Assembly (NCBI GenBank): GCA_030390025.1
Contig: CM059432.1
Span: 129,644,001-129,708,000 of the forward strand
Length of the DNA: 64,000 bases
Source: Squalus acanthias
Lineage: Eukaryota
Direction of reading: 5' to 3'
Of this stretch, positions 51,653-63,202 are shown one piece after another; the first letter of the stretch is position 1; each line of letters starts with the position of its first letter. The notes under the pieces were generated by a model. That model ran no database searches. It was not told the origin of the DNA and saw only the letters and a program-made list of their open reading frames with translations. A program made the position numbers and the translations under genes.

Positions 51653-52014
51653 AAAGTGTTCTCTCTGTGCTTTGGTCAGTCCTTAATGGGAGTGGGATGG
51701 GGGGAAGCGGGGAGGAATGTCCTGCACAGCCATGCAGCTTTTGGTGAAGGAGTCTAATCTGAAAGAATAATACATTGAAAAGAAATCTGCCTCAATCATT
51801 CAGTGCACCTTAATGAGGTGCGAATTAGTGAGTAAGCACAGCTGTTTCTGCCCAAAATGAACGAAGCACTGACGACGCTATGACTGGCAACTTTGAAATT
51901 GATGGTGACAGAAATGGATAATGGTTATTGCTTTTTGGCTGCTATAAACGACTGCCCATTTTAAACGTGGACCTTTTAGGTGGTGGGGACTTGAACCAGA
52001 ATTGTGCTACGGCG

Positions 52015-52651
52015 GGCTGATTTTTAACTCGGTCCACCTGGGAATAGTGGCCCTAAAATCACAATGCTGCACTGACCACACCATTCTCGTTCCAAATCCA
52101 TCCGGCGTCATTTTGCCCGAGGCCTTCGCAAGGGCCTGCCTCATTACAATATGCAAATCGAAGTCCTGAGCTGTCCATAGGACCCTGATTTCAAGTTTAA
52201 GGTACGAACGGGTGGAGCCTGCGTGTCAAACGCTTTGCACATTTCTACCAGGCATTGCGAGGCTTAACCAGCGGTCCTTGAAGGGAAGCTGCTCAGGAAC
52301 CGGTCCGGGAAGTCTTTACATTTTTTTCCTTTGGTGGGGCCAGGAGGAATAGGAGGAGTACATCTGTTGCTGCTGGTCCCAGAAAAGAATCCAGACCGCT
52401 GTTGGTCCATCCATAGCCCCTGCCCCTCCACACCGCCCCCCACCCCCAGCCCCCACCTCCAGCACTCAGAGATCACTTCTCCCTCTCAGGGTCTCACTGT
52501 CGATTGGCTCAGCATGGGAGCCTCCCAGAAGTGTTTGGCACACCATAGATCGCCGGCGCAGTGTAAGTGAGGCGCTGACCTCTAAATGGCTCCGGCTTTC
52601 CTGCTCGCAAGAATGGGCGGCTCATTCTGCACCAGCAGTTAAAATCGGCCC
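52015..52651. mobile_element. Harbinger-like MITE
   Basis: Termini GGGCTGATTTTTAAC / GTTAAAATCGGCCC. Confidence 0.65.
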
Positions 52652-52967
52652 TAGGGAATCGTCTGAGGGTCAAGCTAGGTCGATCAGGAAGCTCATTCCA
52701 AGGGTTGGGTTTCGTGCTTTGAAGACAAGTAATAACGTCACACTAATAACCACTGGGAAAATTGATGGGTTTTTCTATTGTTCGCTTCAAGCCAAGATCT
52801 CAATCTGATCTTTTAGTTTCCCAATTGATTTACGAGACCTCTGACTCCCAGGGCCTGATTTTCACTTTTGGGCTGTCGACCGGCGGAGTGAGTGACCACC
52901 CGTCCCGCCAAGTGTGCAACGAGGCCTAAGTCAATTTGAGTCAACCGCAGTCGAATCTCGCCAGTGG

Positions 52968-53342
52968 TAGGGTTGCCAACTCTGGTTGGACGTATTCCTG
53001 GAGGTTTCATCACATGATCGGCCACCTCCAACCACCCCGCCTCACCATTGGTTGCCCGATACATCCATCCTCACGGTGCACCTCCTTCCCAGCCAATTGG
53101 AAAGCGAACAGACTCTTCATTGTCCAATTGGATGATTCTTGACTGTCAGTCAAACGGCCTTTCTTCCCATCTCCAATATTTTTATAACTAATGTACAAAA
53201 GTTTTCAAAGGAAATTGAAAAAAACACACAATTTGTTTATATCCCCTATGATATTTCTCCCGGGTTGCTCACGGCAGCGTCCTGGAGATTAATCTTTTAT
53301 TCCTGGAGACTCCAGGCCAATCCTGGAGGGTTGGCAACCCTA
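52968..53342. mobile_element. MITE with TAGGGTTGCCAAC TIRs, copy 2
   Basis: tagggttgccaactctgg ... ggagggttggcaacccta. Inverted homologue of 19147-19528. Confidence 0.8.
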
Positions 53343-53937
53343 AGACAGGCAAGCTGCATGCCTCGAAAGGGTGGCATGCCAGCTCTGGGTTGGCGCAATA
53401 TCAGGCGGCTCAGATGAGGCTTTGGCCCACAGTTCGGTCCTGGGAGGGAGCGGGAGGCGAATGCGGACGGATGGACGGGTGGGGTTGTGGTGGGGGCGGG
53501 GGGCGTGGGGACAGGAGGTGGGTTGCACCCAGGCCAGCAGCGACCCACGGTCGTTTTGTGAAACCAGGACGCGCACTCCTGGCTCTAACAAAAATATAAC
53601 CCAGGAACTGTTGTGGGCAGTGGTCTCTCTAAGCACCTCCAGTTAGGCCAGTTAATGCCAGGGCACACAGTTGCAGCGTGCGCGATGCATACTCTGCCCT
53701 TGTGTCCCTCAATATTGCAATCATGGTCCTAACTATGTCATAGGATCCAGATATGAGTAATCAGAGCTACAAACCTGACAGTGTGTTTCCAGCATTTCCT
53801 GTTTCTGCAGGAACAGAGGAGTTGAGAAAGTGCAGTTCAACCTCCATTATCTGCCATGATAGGTTAGTTTAATTCACATTCGCTTTTAGTTTAATTCACA
53901 AAGCTGGCCGTAGATTCCGACACCGCAAAGAATAAGA

Positions 53938-54825
53938 GGGCTGAAACTTTACTCCCAAAAATGGGTGGGTTGGGGTCGGGTCAAAGGTTAAAACTGAAAC
54001 ATCTGAAATAGGAATGCAGCCCACCTCAAACCCGCCCACTTCCGTTTTAACAGATACAGGATGAGGGCCGGGCGACCAATCCACTCGCAGGAGACGGGTT
54101 GGTGATTTAAATATTATAACGAGGCTGCCTGCCTTCAGTCATTCTGAAAGGGGGTGAGAAGGGCTGAATCCATGAGGTAAGTGCCGTTCCAACACTGCTT
54201 GTGGGCCAGGAGGAGCAGGAGTGTTTCTTCCAAGCCCAAAAAACTACCCAGTAAACACGCTCCCGTGATCTGTCTGCTCCCCGCCCCCTACCATCAGACC
54301 CCCCAAACTACATCGAACCCCTGACCAGCATCTGCCCCCCCCCCGACCACCATTGGACCCCCCCACCCCCGACTACCATCTGCCCCCCCAACCACCATCG
54401 GATACCACACCCCACCATCAGACACCCCCCACAATCGGACTCCTCCATGATCAGACCCCCCCCCCATGATCGGACCCACCACCCCGCCCCCCACCCCACC
54501 ACGATCGAAACCCCCTGCGATCAGACTCCACCCCGCCACCCCCCCGGCAATAGGATCGATACCCCCCCCACCTCCCCCCCGCCACGATCTCTCCCACACC
54601 TCCACTTGACATACCTGGTCTCAGGCCAGCTCGGCTGCGGCCTTGTGCTGCAGGCTTTCCCGCCCGACAGGTAGCCAGCCTGTCAATCAGGCTGGCTGAA
54701 GGCGGGAAACCTACAGAAAAAATGTAACGACGTCCTGCAGGAACCCGTACTCCCAGGTTTCCTGACCTCAAAACAGCCGCCCCCCACCCCCACTCCCTCC
54801 CCACCTCCGAGCTAAATTCCAGGCC
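53938..54825. mobile_element. Harbinger-type non-autonomous element
   Basis: TIRs GGGCTGAAACTTTACTC / GAGCTAAATTCCAGGCC with a 3-bp TSD AGA (53935-53937, 54826-54828). Confidence 0.75.
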
Positions 54826-54868
54826 AGAGAGTTTAAACTTACTTTGCTTTTACAGAATCGAAAATTTA

Positions 54869-55761
54869 GGGGTAAAAATTCAGTTGGTTGCGCCTCCCGT
54901 TAGCGCCTTAAGAGGGCGCTAATGGGGCGCAAAGCCGCTAACGCCCGGGCGCAGCGATGTTTGCGCCGCTCGGGAACTTAACTAGAGATTGTGCGGCGGC
55001 GCTAAACTTTACCGCTGCGACCACCTGCGCGCGCAGATTGTGACGTCATTCCATGGTGCAACGCCCTTGTGGCGCCCCGGAGCGGAAATTGAGTGGCGCC
55101 CCCTGCCTTACCGCCTGGCGCATCCAACGACCAGAAGACTGGAACGCTATCAATCGCTGTGGGGCTGGGGGGGGCGCTATTTAAAGGGGGCCTCTTCCTG
55201 TCTTTTATTGTTGGTGGCATTTTTGAACTACGCATTCTGAGAGAGAGAGGGAGAGACTTCTGGAGAGATTCAACGTTGTGTGAAGGAGTTTTGGGTACTG
55301 AGCAGCACTTTGCAGGTTCATTTTGATTTGCCATTCCTTGTATCGATTTAGCAGAGACTGTGGGAGCTGCACTCTGAGCTCTTTGCCTGGTACTCTCCAT
55401 TGTTCTTTCCAGCACATTTGATGTGCAAGTCTCTCCAGGCCGAGATTCAAGGCTGCAATGAACAGGATGTGGATGGAAAGCAAGATTAACCATCCCCTTT
55501 AAGAACTGGCCCGTGCCATTGTGTGTGTGTTCCATTGCTGACTGACATTACATGAGCTTCGCCAGCGCTCTGAGTTAGCGCCTCACTCCTTGGCCTTTGC
55601 GCCTTAAGACAGGTGTGCAGCGCCTGATTTAGCGCTCCACTCACCTCCAGGGACGATAAAAGTGAAGTTTCCAGTCAGTGCCGATAATTAGCGCCAGGCG
55701 CTAATATTTGCGTCCAGACGATATTTGCGCCCCAAATGGGGCGCGACCTAATTTTTCCCCC
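54869..55761. mobile_element. CpG-rich Harbinger-type MITE
   Basis: TIRs GGGGTAAAAATT / AATTTTTCCCCC with a 3-bp TSD TTA (54866-54868, 55762-55764). Confidence 0.85.
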
Positions 55762-56204
55762 TTAGACTTTAAACTTGATGTCATTGACAGGAAATCATTT
55801 CAGAAAGTTTCCACTTCCTGCCCAGGTGCACCTGAACCGAGTGTTGACTGTGTGAATTGGAAATGCACAGTTCCATTTAGTTTGATTCCCAAAATGAGCA
55901 TTAGATTTAGGCCCTGCAGGGAAGTAAATGGAAAGTTATTAATGGATCTTTGTTGCTGATGATTTAGGGACCTCATATTTTGTGTGCATGTTTCCTGTCG
56001 CTCTTTGCTTCATTCTGGAATAATGGCGCTTCAGCTACTTCTGGGGTTAAGTTCCCTGCTGTGGTTTTGATCTAGCGCCCATTGCCAGAGCCAGCAAACT
56101 AGATGGAGAACAAGAAAAACTGAGGTGACCACGGCAACAGCCACTATACACAAGCGTTGAAGGTCCCCCCTCACCTTCCAACTGGAGCTAAAATCTGTAG
56201 TGGG

Positions 56205-56630
56205 ATTCATAGAATCATAGAAATTTACAACACAGGAGGCCATTCGGCCCATGTTGTCCGTGCCGGCCGACAAAGAGCTAGCCACCCTAATGACACTTTC
56301 CAGCACTTGGTCCATAGCCTTGTAGGTTACGGCACTTCAAGTGTATATCCAAGTACTTTTTAAAAGCGATGAGGGTTTCTGCCTCTACCACCCTTTCAGG
56401 CCTCTACCACCCTCTGGGTGAAAAAAGTTCTCCTCTAATCCCTCTACCAATTACTTTAAATCTATGCCCCCTGGTTATTGGCCCTTCTGCTAAGGAAAAT
56501 AGGTCCTTCCTATCCACTCTATCTCGGCCCCTCATAATTTTATACACCTCAATTAGGTCTCTCCTCAGCCTCCTCTGCTCCAAAGAAAACAACCCCAGCC
56601 TATCCAATCTTTCCTCATAGCTAAAATTCC
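56205..56630 (-). mobile_element. CR1 LINE 3' end
   Basis: FSYEERLDRLGLFSLEQRRLRRDLIEVYKIMRG with (catagaat)n tail. Confidence 0.92.
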
Positions 56631-56945
56631 TCATAACTAAAACTCAATGTGGTTCCCGCTCAGGCCGTCGAGTTAAAATTGTAATCGGGCCCCAATGAAG
56701 TCAACGGGACCCAGCACGCATAACTAAAGCAGGACCCCGCTGGCACATTAAGATCCCAACCAGTCAGCTCCTGGTCGCTCCAGGATGAGTCAGTAACCTG
56801 GGCGATTTTAATCGCCTACAAACCCCATTTCCACCAGTCTTGTAGGGTTCAAAAAGCCCACTCTTTTTGTCAGCTTGTTAAGGCCAATTCAGGCCTCCAT
56901 GTAACATCATCAGCTCCAATGATGCTGCCACCTATATATATGGCT

Positions 56946-56963
56946 GTCAGTCATGGCTCAGCT

Positions 56964-56994
<31 letters not shown>

Positions 56995-58182
56995 GTGAGT
57001 TCAAGAGACTCTCATTCCAGAGACTTGAGCATAAAATCCAGGCTAGCACTCCAGTGTGGTACTGAGGGAGTGCTGCACTGCCGGAGGTGCCGTTTTTCGG
57101 ATGAGACATTAAGCCGAGGCCACGTCTGCCCTCTCAGATCGACATTAAAGATCCCGTGGCTCCATTTGAAGAAGAGCAGGGGAGTTCTCCCCGGTGTCCT
57201 GGCCAATATTTATCCCTCAACCAACATCACTAAAACAGATTGGGCCAAAAATTTGGCCCTTCCCGGGTGAGTACACGCTGTGTACTCACCCGTAAGGCAT
57301 CCCGAAGTGCCGGTTTCCTGCATGCACTGCGCATGCGCGGGAAACCGGAACTTCCGGTCTGGTGAAGGGGGCGGTTCCTAGGTGAACTGCGTGCGCGGTA
57401 GAGGCTGCGCGCACGCAGCAAACTTAGATTTTTTTTCAGGTTTCTACGGGAGGGTAAGTATTGAAGAACCTACGCTTATAAAAAGGAGACGCAGGAGCCG
57501 TTTTCAACAAGGTAAGTGGTTAATTAAGTATAATTTAAAAAAATTTTCAACAGGTTTATCTTTTTTAGATACTTTAAAGAAAGGTAAGTTTATTTTTATC
57601 ACTTTTAAGAAGTATTTTAATTTTTTCAAAAATTTTTATTTTTGTTTAAAGTGGTTAATTTATTTAACTATAGTTATTTTATAAATGTGATGGGTTTAAA
57701 AAAAAATTATTTTAAGTTTAGCTGTTCTTTTGGGGCCGATTTCAATTCACAGATTTGACAGGTCTCCTGTCAAATCTATGAATGAAAGATGGTCTGCTGC
57801 CATTGGCTCTCCATGGCCCACGTGATCCCAGGGGACGCATCGCACTAACTGCGCCCCTGGGACACGCACGCACTGCGCGCCGGCACTTGGAGCAGGCCCA
57901 GGAGCTGAAGTTCCCGTGGGCCCAAAACACAATGGCAGGCGCGGTAGGTAAGTGCGCGCGCGATCCTTACCCCCGCGGCAAGCCGGAGAGGCGAATTTCA
58001 GGGCCATTATTTGGTCGTTATCACATTGCTGTTTGTGGGAGCTTGCTGTGCACAAATTGGCTGCCACGTTTCCTACATTACAACAGTGACTACACTTCAA
58101 AACTACTTAATTGGGTGTAAAGCGCTTTGGGACGTCTGAAGGTCGTGAAAGGCGATATTGAAATGCAAGTCTTTCTTTCTTT
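56946..58182 (+). mobile_element. SacSINE1-like DeuSINE interrupted by a MITE
   Basis: tRNA head (tggctcagctggtagc; gagttcaaga) and Deu domain to 57241. Resumes at 58006 and ends in an L2 tail (aaatgcaagtctttctttc). Confidence 0.88.
57242..58005. mobile_element. Harbinger-type MITE inserted in a DeuSINE
   Basis: TIRs GGGCCAAAAATTTGGCC / GGCGAATTTCAGGGCC with TSD ATT (57239-57241, 58006-58008). Removing it restores aaaacagATTatttggtc as in the other SINE copies. Confidence 0.88.
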
Positions 58183-59197
58183 AAATACTCCAGTTGTCTG
58201 CCCTTACTTTCAACTGGAGTTACAATAGCAAGACTGCAGCAAATGGTGCACACATTACAGAATGAGAAGAATTAACAATGTTTGTTTTTTATTTAGTACA
58301 TAGGCCCAGAAGGCAGAGATTCTGACAGGGAGCACAGATTGCGTAGAACCAAGATATGAAACACCCACAGGAGATCATCTACCATCTCGAGACCAGCTGC
58401 CAGGATATGACTGCGGAACACTGTATGCATCCCTGCTGTTACCCAGGATGATGGTTACCTAGTTGTGGCATCTCATGGAACCTGAGCTGAAGGCTCAATT
58501 CACCTTAAGCACAGCACTGCCTGTGCCTCTGAAAGTGATCACAACACTGAACTGTTAATCTTCAGTGTGCCTTTTAGCTGCCCAGGGATAGTTTGACGGG
58601 ATTGGTCCATTCCTTGCTGCAGAGATGCATCCGCAGAGTCGCCAAGGCTCCACTATCACGTGTGTCCCACTATGTGAAGTTTGGCACTGAACTGTAGCAA
58701 CAGACATCCAGGCTTCTTTGATGCTGACAGTTTCACAAGGGTGCAAGGCATCATTGATTGCACACATACACCCATTCAGACTTCTTTCCTAGACTGTCAT
58801 TTTTCATGCATGGACCTGCACAGTAATTGTCAGTGAGCTATTTAACTAGAGAAGCTATCACAGCCAATTCCGGTTCTGATGTCACCATATGCACTTGCAG
58901 CGGGAGTCAGGAATAAGAGCCCCGGCCTATATTTATGACCCGCCTAGCCCAGAGACAGGAAGGCCCACTCCCTCCCTTCCCTCTGACAGTAGTCTCTGCT
59001 TTAAATCAGCTAACGCCTCAGATTGAACATCAAACTTCCATAGCCTGCATGGTGCACTACCAGACAGCACGACACATTTAGGTTTCAAGCCCCTTGCACC
59101 AATATATCCTTCACACCTGTGGATTTTTTAAAAAATCTGTCAACTTCCTGGTCTTTATTAGAATCTCATCTACAAATGGTCTCCCTTAGTACAGAAT

Positions 59198-59681
59198 ATT
59201 TATTTATTTTTATTCATTCAAAGGACGTGGTCGTCGCTGGCAAGACCAGCATTTATTGCCCATCCCGAATTGCCCTTGAGAAGGTGGTGGTGCCTTCTTG
59301 AACCGCTGCCGTCTGTGTGGTGAAGGTACTCCCACAGTGACTTTGTCGTAGTGGTTTGTTACAACTGAGTGGTTTGCTAGGCCATTTCAGAGAACAGTTA
59401 AGAGTCAACCACATTGCTGTGGGTCTGGAGTCACATATAGGCCAGACCAGGTAAGGATTTCTTTCCCTAAAGGCCATTATTGAACCAGATGGGTTTTTAC
59501 AACAATCTGGTAGTTACATGGTCACCATTACTGATTCTAGTTTTTATATTCCATATTTATTTAATTAACTGAATTTAAATTCCCCAGCTGCCGTGGTAGG
59601 ATTTGAATTCACGTCTCTGGATCATTAACTGGATCATTAGTCCAGGCCTCTGGATTACTAGTCCAGTAACATCACCACTAT
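59198..59681 (-). mobile_element. tRNA-derived SINE composed of the 5' end and 3' end of the adjacent LINE family
   Basis: 59341-59681 is the reverse complement of LINE about 59998-60332, and 59198-59339 is the reverse complement of LINE about 63059-63195. Confidence 0.9.
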
Positions 59682-59992
59682 GACCCACCTAGCCCAGAGA
59701 CAGGAAGGCCCACTCCCTCCCTCCCAGTTTTGCCATGAGTAATTGCAACTGTTCTTTGTCGACCGTTTCTTTTTCCTCCACATCACTGCTATGCCTCTGC
59801 ATTTGCCTTGTGCCCCAATAAAGGTGGCAAGCAACAGACACCAACACGCTGCCAACACAGCTTACCTGCATGTTGCATGTTTTCAGACTCACTTAAGGTG
59901 GCTGTTAAATGCCTGGGCATTTGCCTGATACACAATCATTTATACCAATATACATCTGTTTTCTTTCTGGTTGCCCTAGAAGGCTGCACATA

Positions 59993-62900
59993 ACGGTAGC
60001 GTAGTGGTAATGTCACTGTGCTGGTAATCCAGAGGCCTGGACTAATGATCCAGAGACGTGAGTTCAAATCCCACCATGGCAGCTGGGGAATTTAAATTCA
60101 GTTAATTAAATAAATCTGGAATAAAAAGCTAGTATCAGTAATGGTAACCATGAAATTATCGGATTGTCGTAAAAACCCATCTGGTTCACTAATGTCCTTT
60201 AGGGAAGGAAATCTGCTGTCCTTACCCGGTCTGGCCTATATGTGACTCCAAACCCACAGCAATGTGGTTGACTCTTAACTGCCCTCTGAAATGGCCTAGC
60301 AAGTCACTCAGTTGTAACTAACTGCTACAAAGCAAAATAATAAGAATGAAACCGGATCGACCTTGGCACCGGCTATGGACACGGCAATGGCACACCCAGT
60401 CGACCCTGCAAAGTCCTCCTCACCAACATCTGGGGACTTGTGCCAAAATTGGGAGAGCTGTCCCACAGACTAGTCAAGCAACAGCCTGACATAGTCACAC
60501 TCACAGAATCATACCTTTCAGCCAATGTTCCAAATTCCTCCATCACCATCCCTGGGTATGTCCTGCCCCACCGACAGGACAGACCCACTAGGGGTGGGGG
60601 CACAGTGGTATACAGTTGGGAAGGAGTGGCCCTGGGAGTCCTCAACATTGACTCTGGACCCCATGAAGTCTCATGACTTCAGGTCAAGCATGGGCAAGGA
60701 AACCTCCTGCTGATTACCTCCTACCGCCCTCCCTCAGCTGATGAATCAGTACTCCTCCATGTTGAACACCACTTGGAAGAAGCACTGAGAGTAGCAAGGA
60801 CACAGAATGTACTCTGGGTGGGGGACTTCAATGTCCATCACCAAGAGTGGCTTGGTAGCACCACTACTGACCGAGCTGGCCGAGTTCTGAAGGACATAAC
60901 TGCCAGTCTGGGCCTGCGACAGGTGGTGAGAGAACCAACACGAGGGAAAAACCTACTTGACCTCGTCCTCACCAATCTACCTGTCGCAGATGCATCTGTC
61001 CATGGCAGCAGTGAATACCACACAGTCATTGTGGAGATGAAGTCCGGTCTTCACACTGAGGACACCCTCCATCATGTTGTGTGGTACTACCACTGTGCTA
61101 AATGGGATCGATTCAGAACAGATCTAGCAGCTCAAAACTGGGCATCCATGAGGCGCTGTGGGGCAGCAGCAGAAGAATTGTATTCCACCACAATCTACCA
61201 TTACCACCAACCCTGGTTCAAAAAGGAATGTAGAAGAGCATGCCAGGAGCAGCACCAGGTGTACCTAAAAATGCGGTGCCAACCTGGGGAAGCTGCAACA
61301 CAGGACTATATGCATGATAAAAAGCGAAAGCAGCATGCTATAGACAGGGCTAAGCGATCCCACAATCAATGGATCAGATCAAAGCTCTGCAGTCCTGCCA
61401 CATCCAGTTGTGAATGGTGGTGGACCATTAAACAACTAACGGGAGGAGGAGGCTCCATGAATATCCACATCCTCAATGATGGTGAAGCCCAGCATGTGAG
61501 TGCAAAAGACAAGGCTGAAGCGTTTGCAACCATCTTCAGCCAGAAGTGTCGAGTGGATGATCCATATCGGCCTAATCCCGAGGTCCCCTCCGTCACAGAA
61601 GCCAGTCTTCAGCCAATTCGATTCACTCCACATGATATCAAGAAACAGCTGAGCGCACTGGATACAGCAAAGGCTGTGGGCCCCGACAACATCCCAGCTA
61701 TCGTGCTGAAGACTTATGCTCCAAAACTAGCCGCACCTCTAGCCAAGCTGTTCCAGTACAGCTACAACACTGATATCCGACAATGTGGAAAACTGCCCAG
61801 GTATGTGCTGTCCACAAAAAGCAGGACAAATCCAACCCGGCCAATTATTGCCCCATCAGTCTACTCTCAATCATCAGCAAAGTGATGGAAGGTGTCATCG
61901 ACAGTGCTATCAAGCGGCACTTACTCACCAATAACCTGTTCAGTTTGGGTTCCGCCAAGACCACTCGGCTCCCGACCTCATTACAGCCTTGGTCCAAACA
62001 TGGACAAAGGAGCTGAATTCCAAAGGTGAGGTGAGAGTGACTGCCCTTGACATCAAGTCAGCATTTGACCAGGTCTGGCATCAAGGAGCCCTAGTAAAAC
62101 TGAAGTCAATGGGAATCGGGGAAAACGCTCCACTGGCTGGTGTCATACCTAGCACAAAGGAAGATGGTTGTGGTGATTGAAGGTCAATCATCACAGCCCC
62201 AGGACATCGCTGCAGGAGTTCCTCAGGGCAGTGTCCTAGGCCCAACCATCTTCAGCTTCTTCATCAATGACCTTCCCTCCAACATAAGGTCAGAAATGGG
62301 GATGTTCGCTGATGACTGCACAGTGTTCAGCACCATTCACAACTCCTCAGATAATGAAGCAGTCCATGCCCGCATGCAACAAGAACTGAACGACGCTTGG
62401 GCTGATAAGTGGCAGGTAACATTCGCGCCACAGAAGTGCCAGGCAATGACTATCTCCAACAAGCGAGAGTCTAACCACCTACCCTTGACATTCAATGGCA
62501 TTACCATCGCCGAATCCCCCACTATCAACATCCTGGGGGTCACCTTTAACCAGAAATTTAACCAGCTACATAAATACAGTGGCAGCAAGAGCAGGTCAGA
62601 GGCTAGGTATTCTGCGGCGATGTGTTTCAGCTCCTGACTCCCCAAAGCCTTTCCACCATCTACAAGGCACAAGTAAGGAGCGTGATGGAATACTCTCCAC
62701 TTGCCTGGATGAGTGCAGCTCCAACAACACTCAAGAAGCTTGACACCATCCAGGACAAAGCAGCCCGCTTGATTGGCACCCCATCCACCACCTTAAACAT
62801 TCACTCCCTCCACCACCAGCGTACCGTGACTGCAGTGTGTACCATCTACAAGATGCACTGCAGCAACTCACCAAGGCTTCTTCGGCAGCACCTCCCAAAC

Positions 62901-63202
62901 CCGCGACCTCTTCCACCCAGAAGGACAAGGGCAGCAGGCACATGGGAACACCACCACCTCCAAGTTTCCCTCCAAGTCACACACCACCCTGACTTAGAAG
63001 TATATCGCCGATCCTTCATCGTCGCTGGGTCAAAATCCTGGAACTCCCTCCCTAACAGCACTGTGGGAGTAGCTTCACCACACGGACTGCAGTAGTTCAA
63101 GGCGGCGTCTCACCACCACCTTCTCAAGGGCAACTAGGGATGGGCAATAAATGCTGGCCTTGCCAGCGACGCCCACATCCCATAAAACAAATTCTAAAAA
63201 AA
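59993..63202 (+). mobile_element. Near-full-length APE-RT LINE (CR1/Jockey-group-like, clade unassigned) with a tRNA-derived 5' end and no ORF1; decayed
   Basis: A box tagcgtagtgg (about 59997) and B box gagttcaaatcc (about 60060). APE motifs QQPDIVTLTES, RQDRPTRGGG, GDFNVHH and PTRGKNLLDLVLTN. RT motifs ALDIKSAFDQVWH, GVPQGSVLGP and FADD, then C-terminal YKAQVRSVMEY, an AATAAA near 63146 and an A-rich end. Confidence 0.92.
60410..63095 (+). pseudogene. Endonuclease-reverse transcriptase ORF of the LINE, with several stops and frameshifts
   Basis: Consecutive ORF pieces 60440-60676, 60773-61885, 61783-62016, 61989-62180, 62140-62637 and 62622-63095 tile one EN-RT protein. Confidence 0.9.

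Noticed and set aside
59993..60085. Functional tRNA gene (also the heads at 27042, 39568 and 56946)
   Set aside because: Duplicated or degenerate arms, no clean acceptor stem, and continuity with SINE/LINE bodies.
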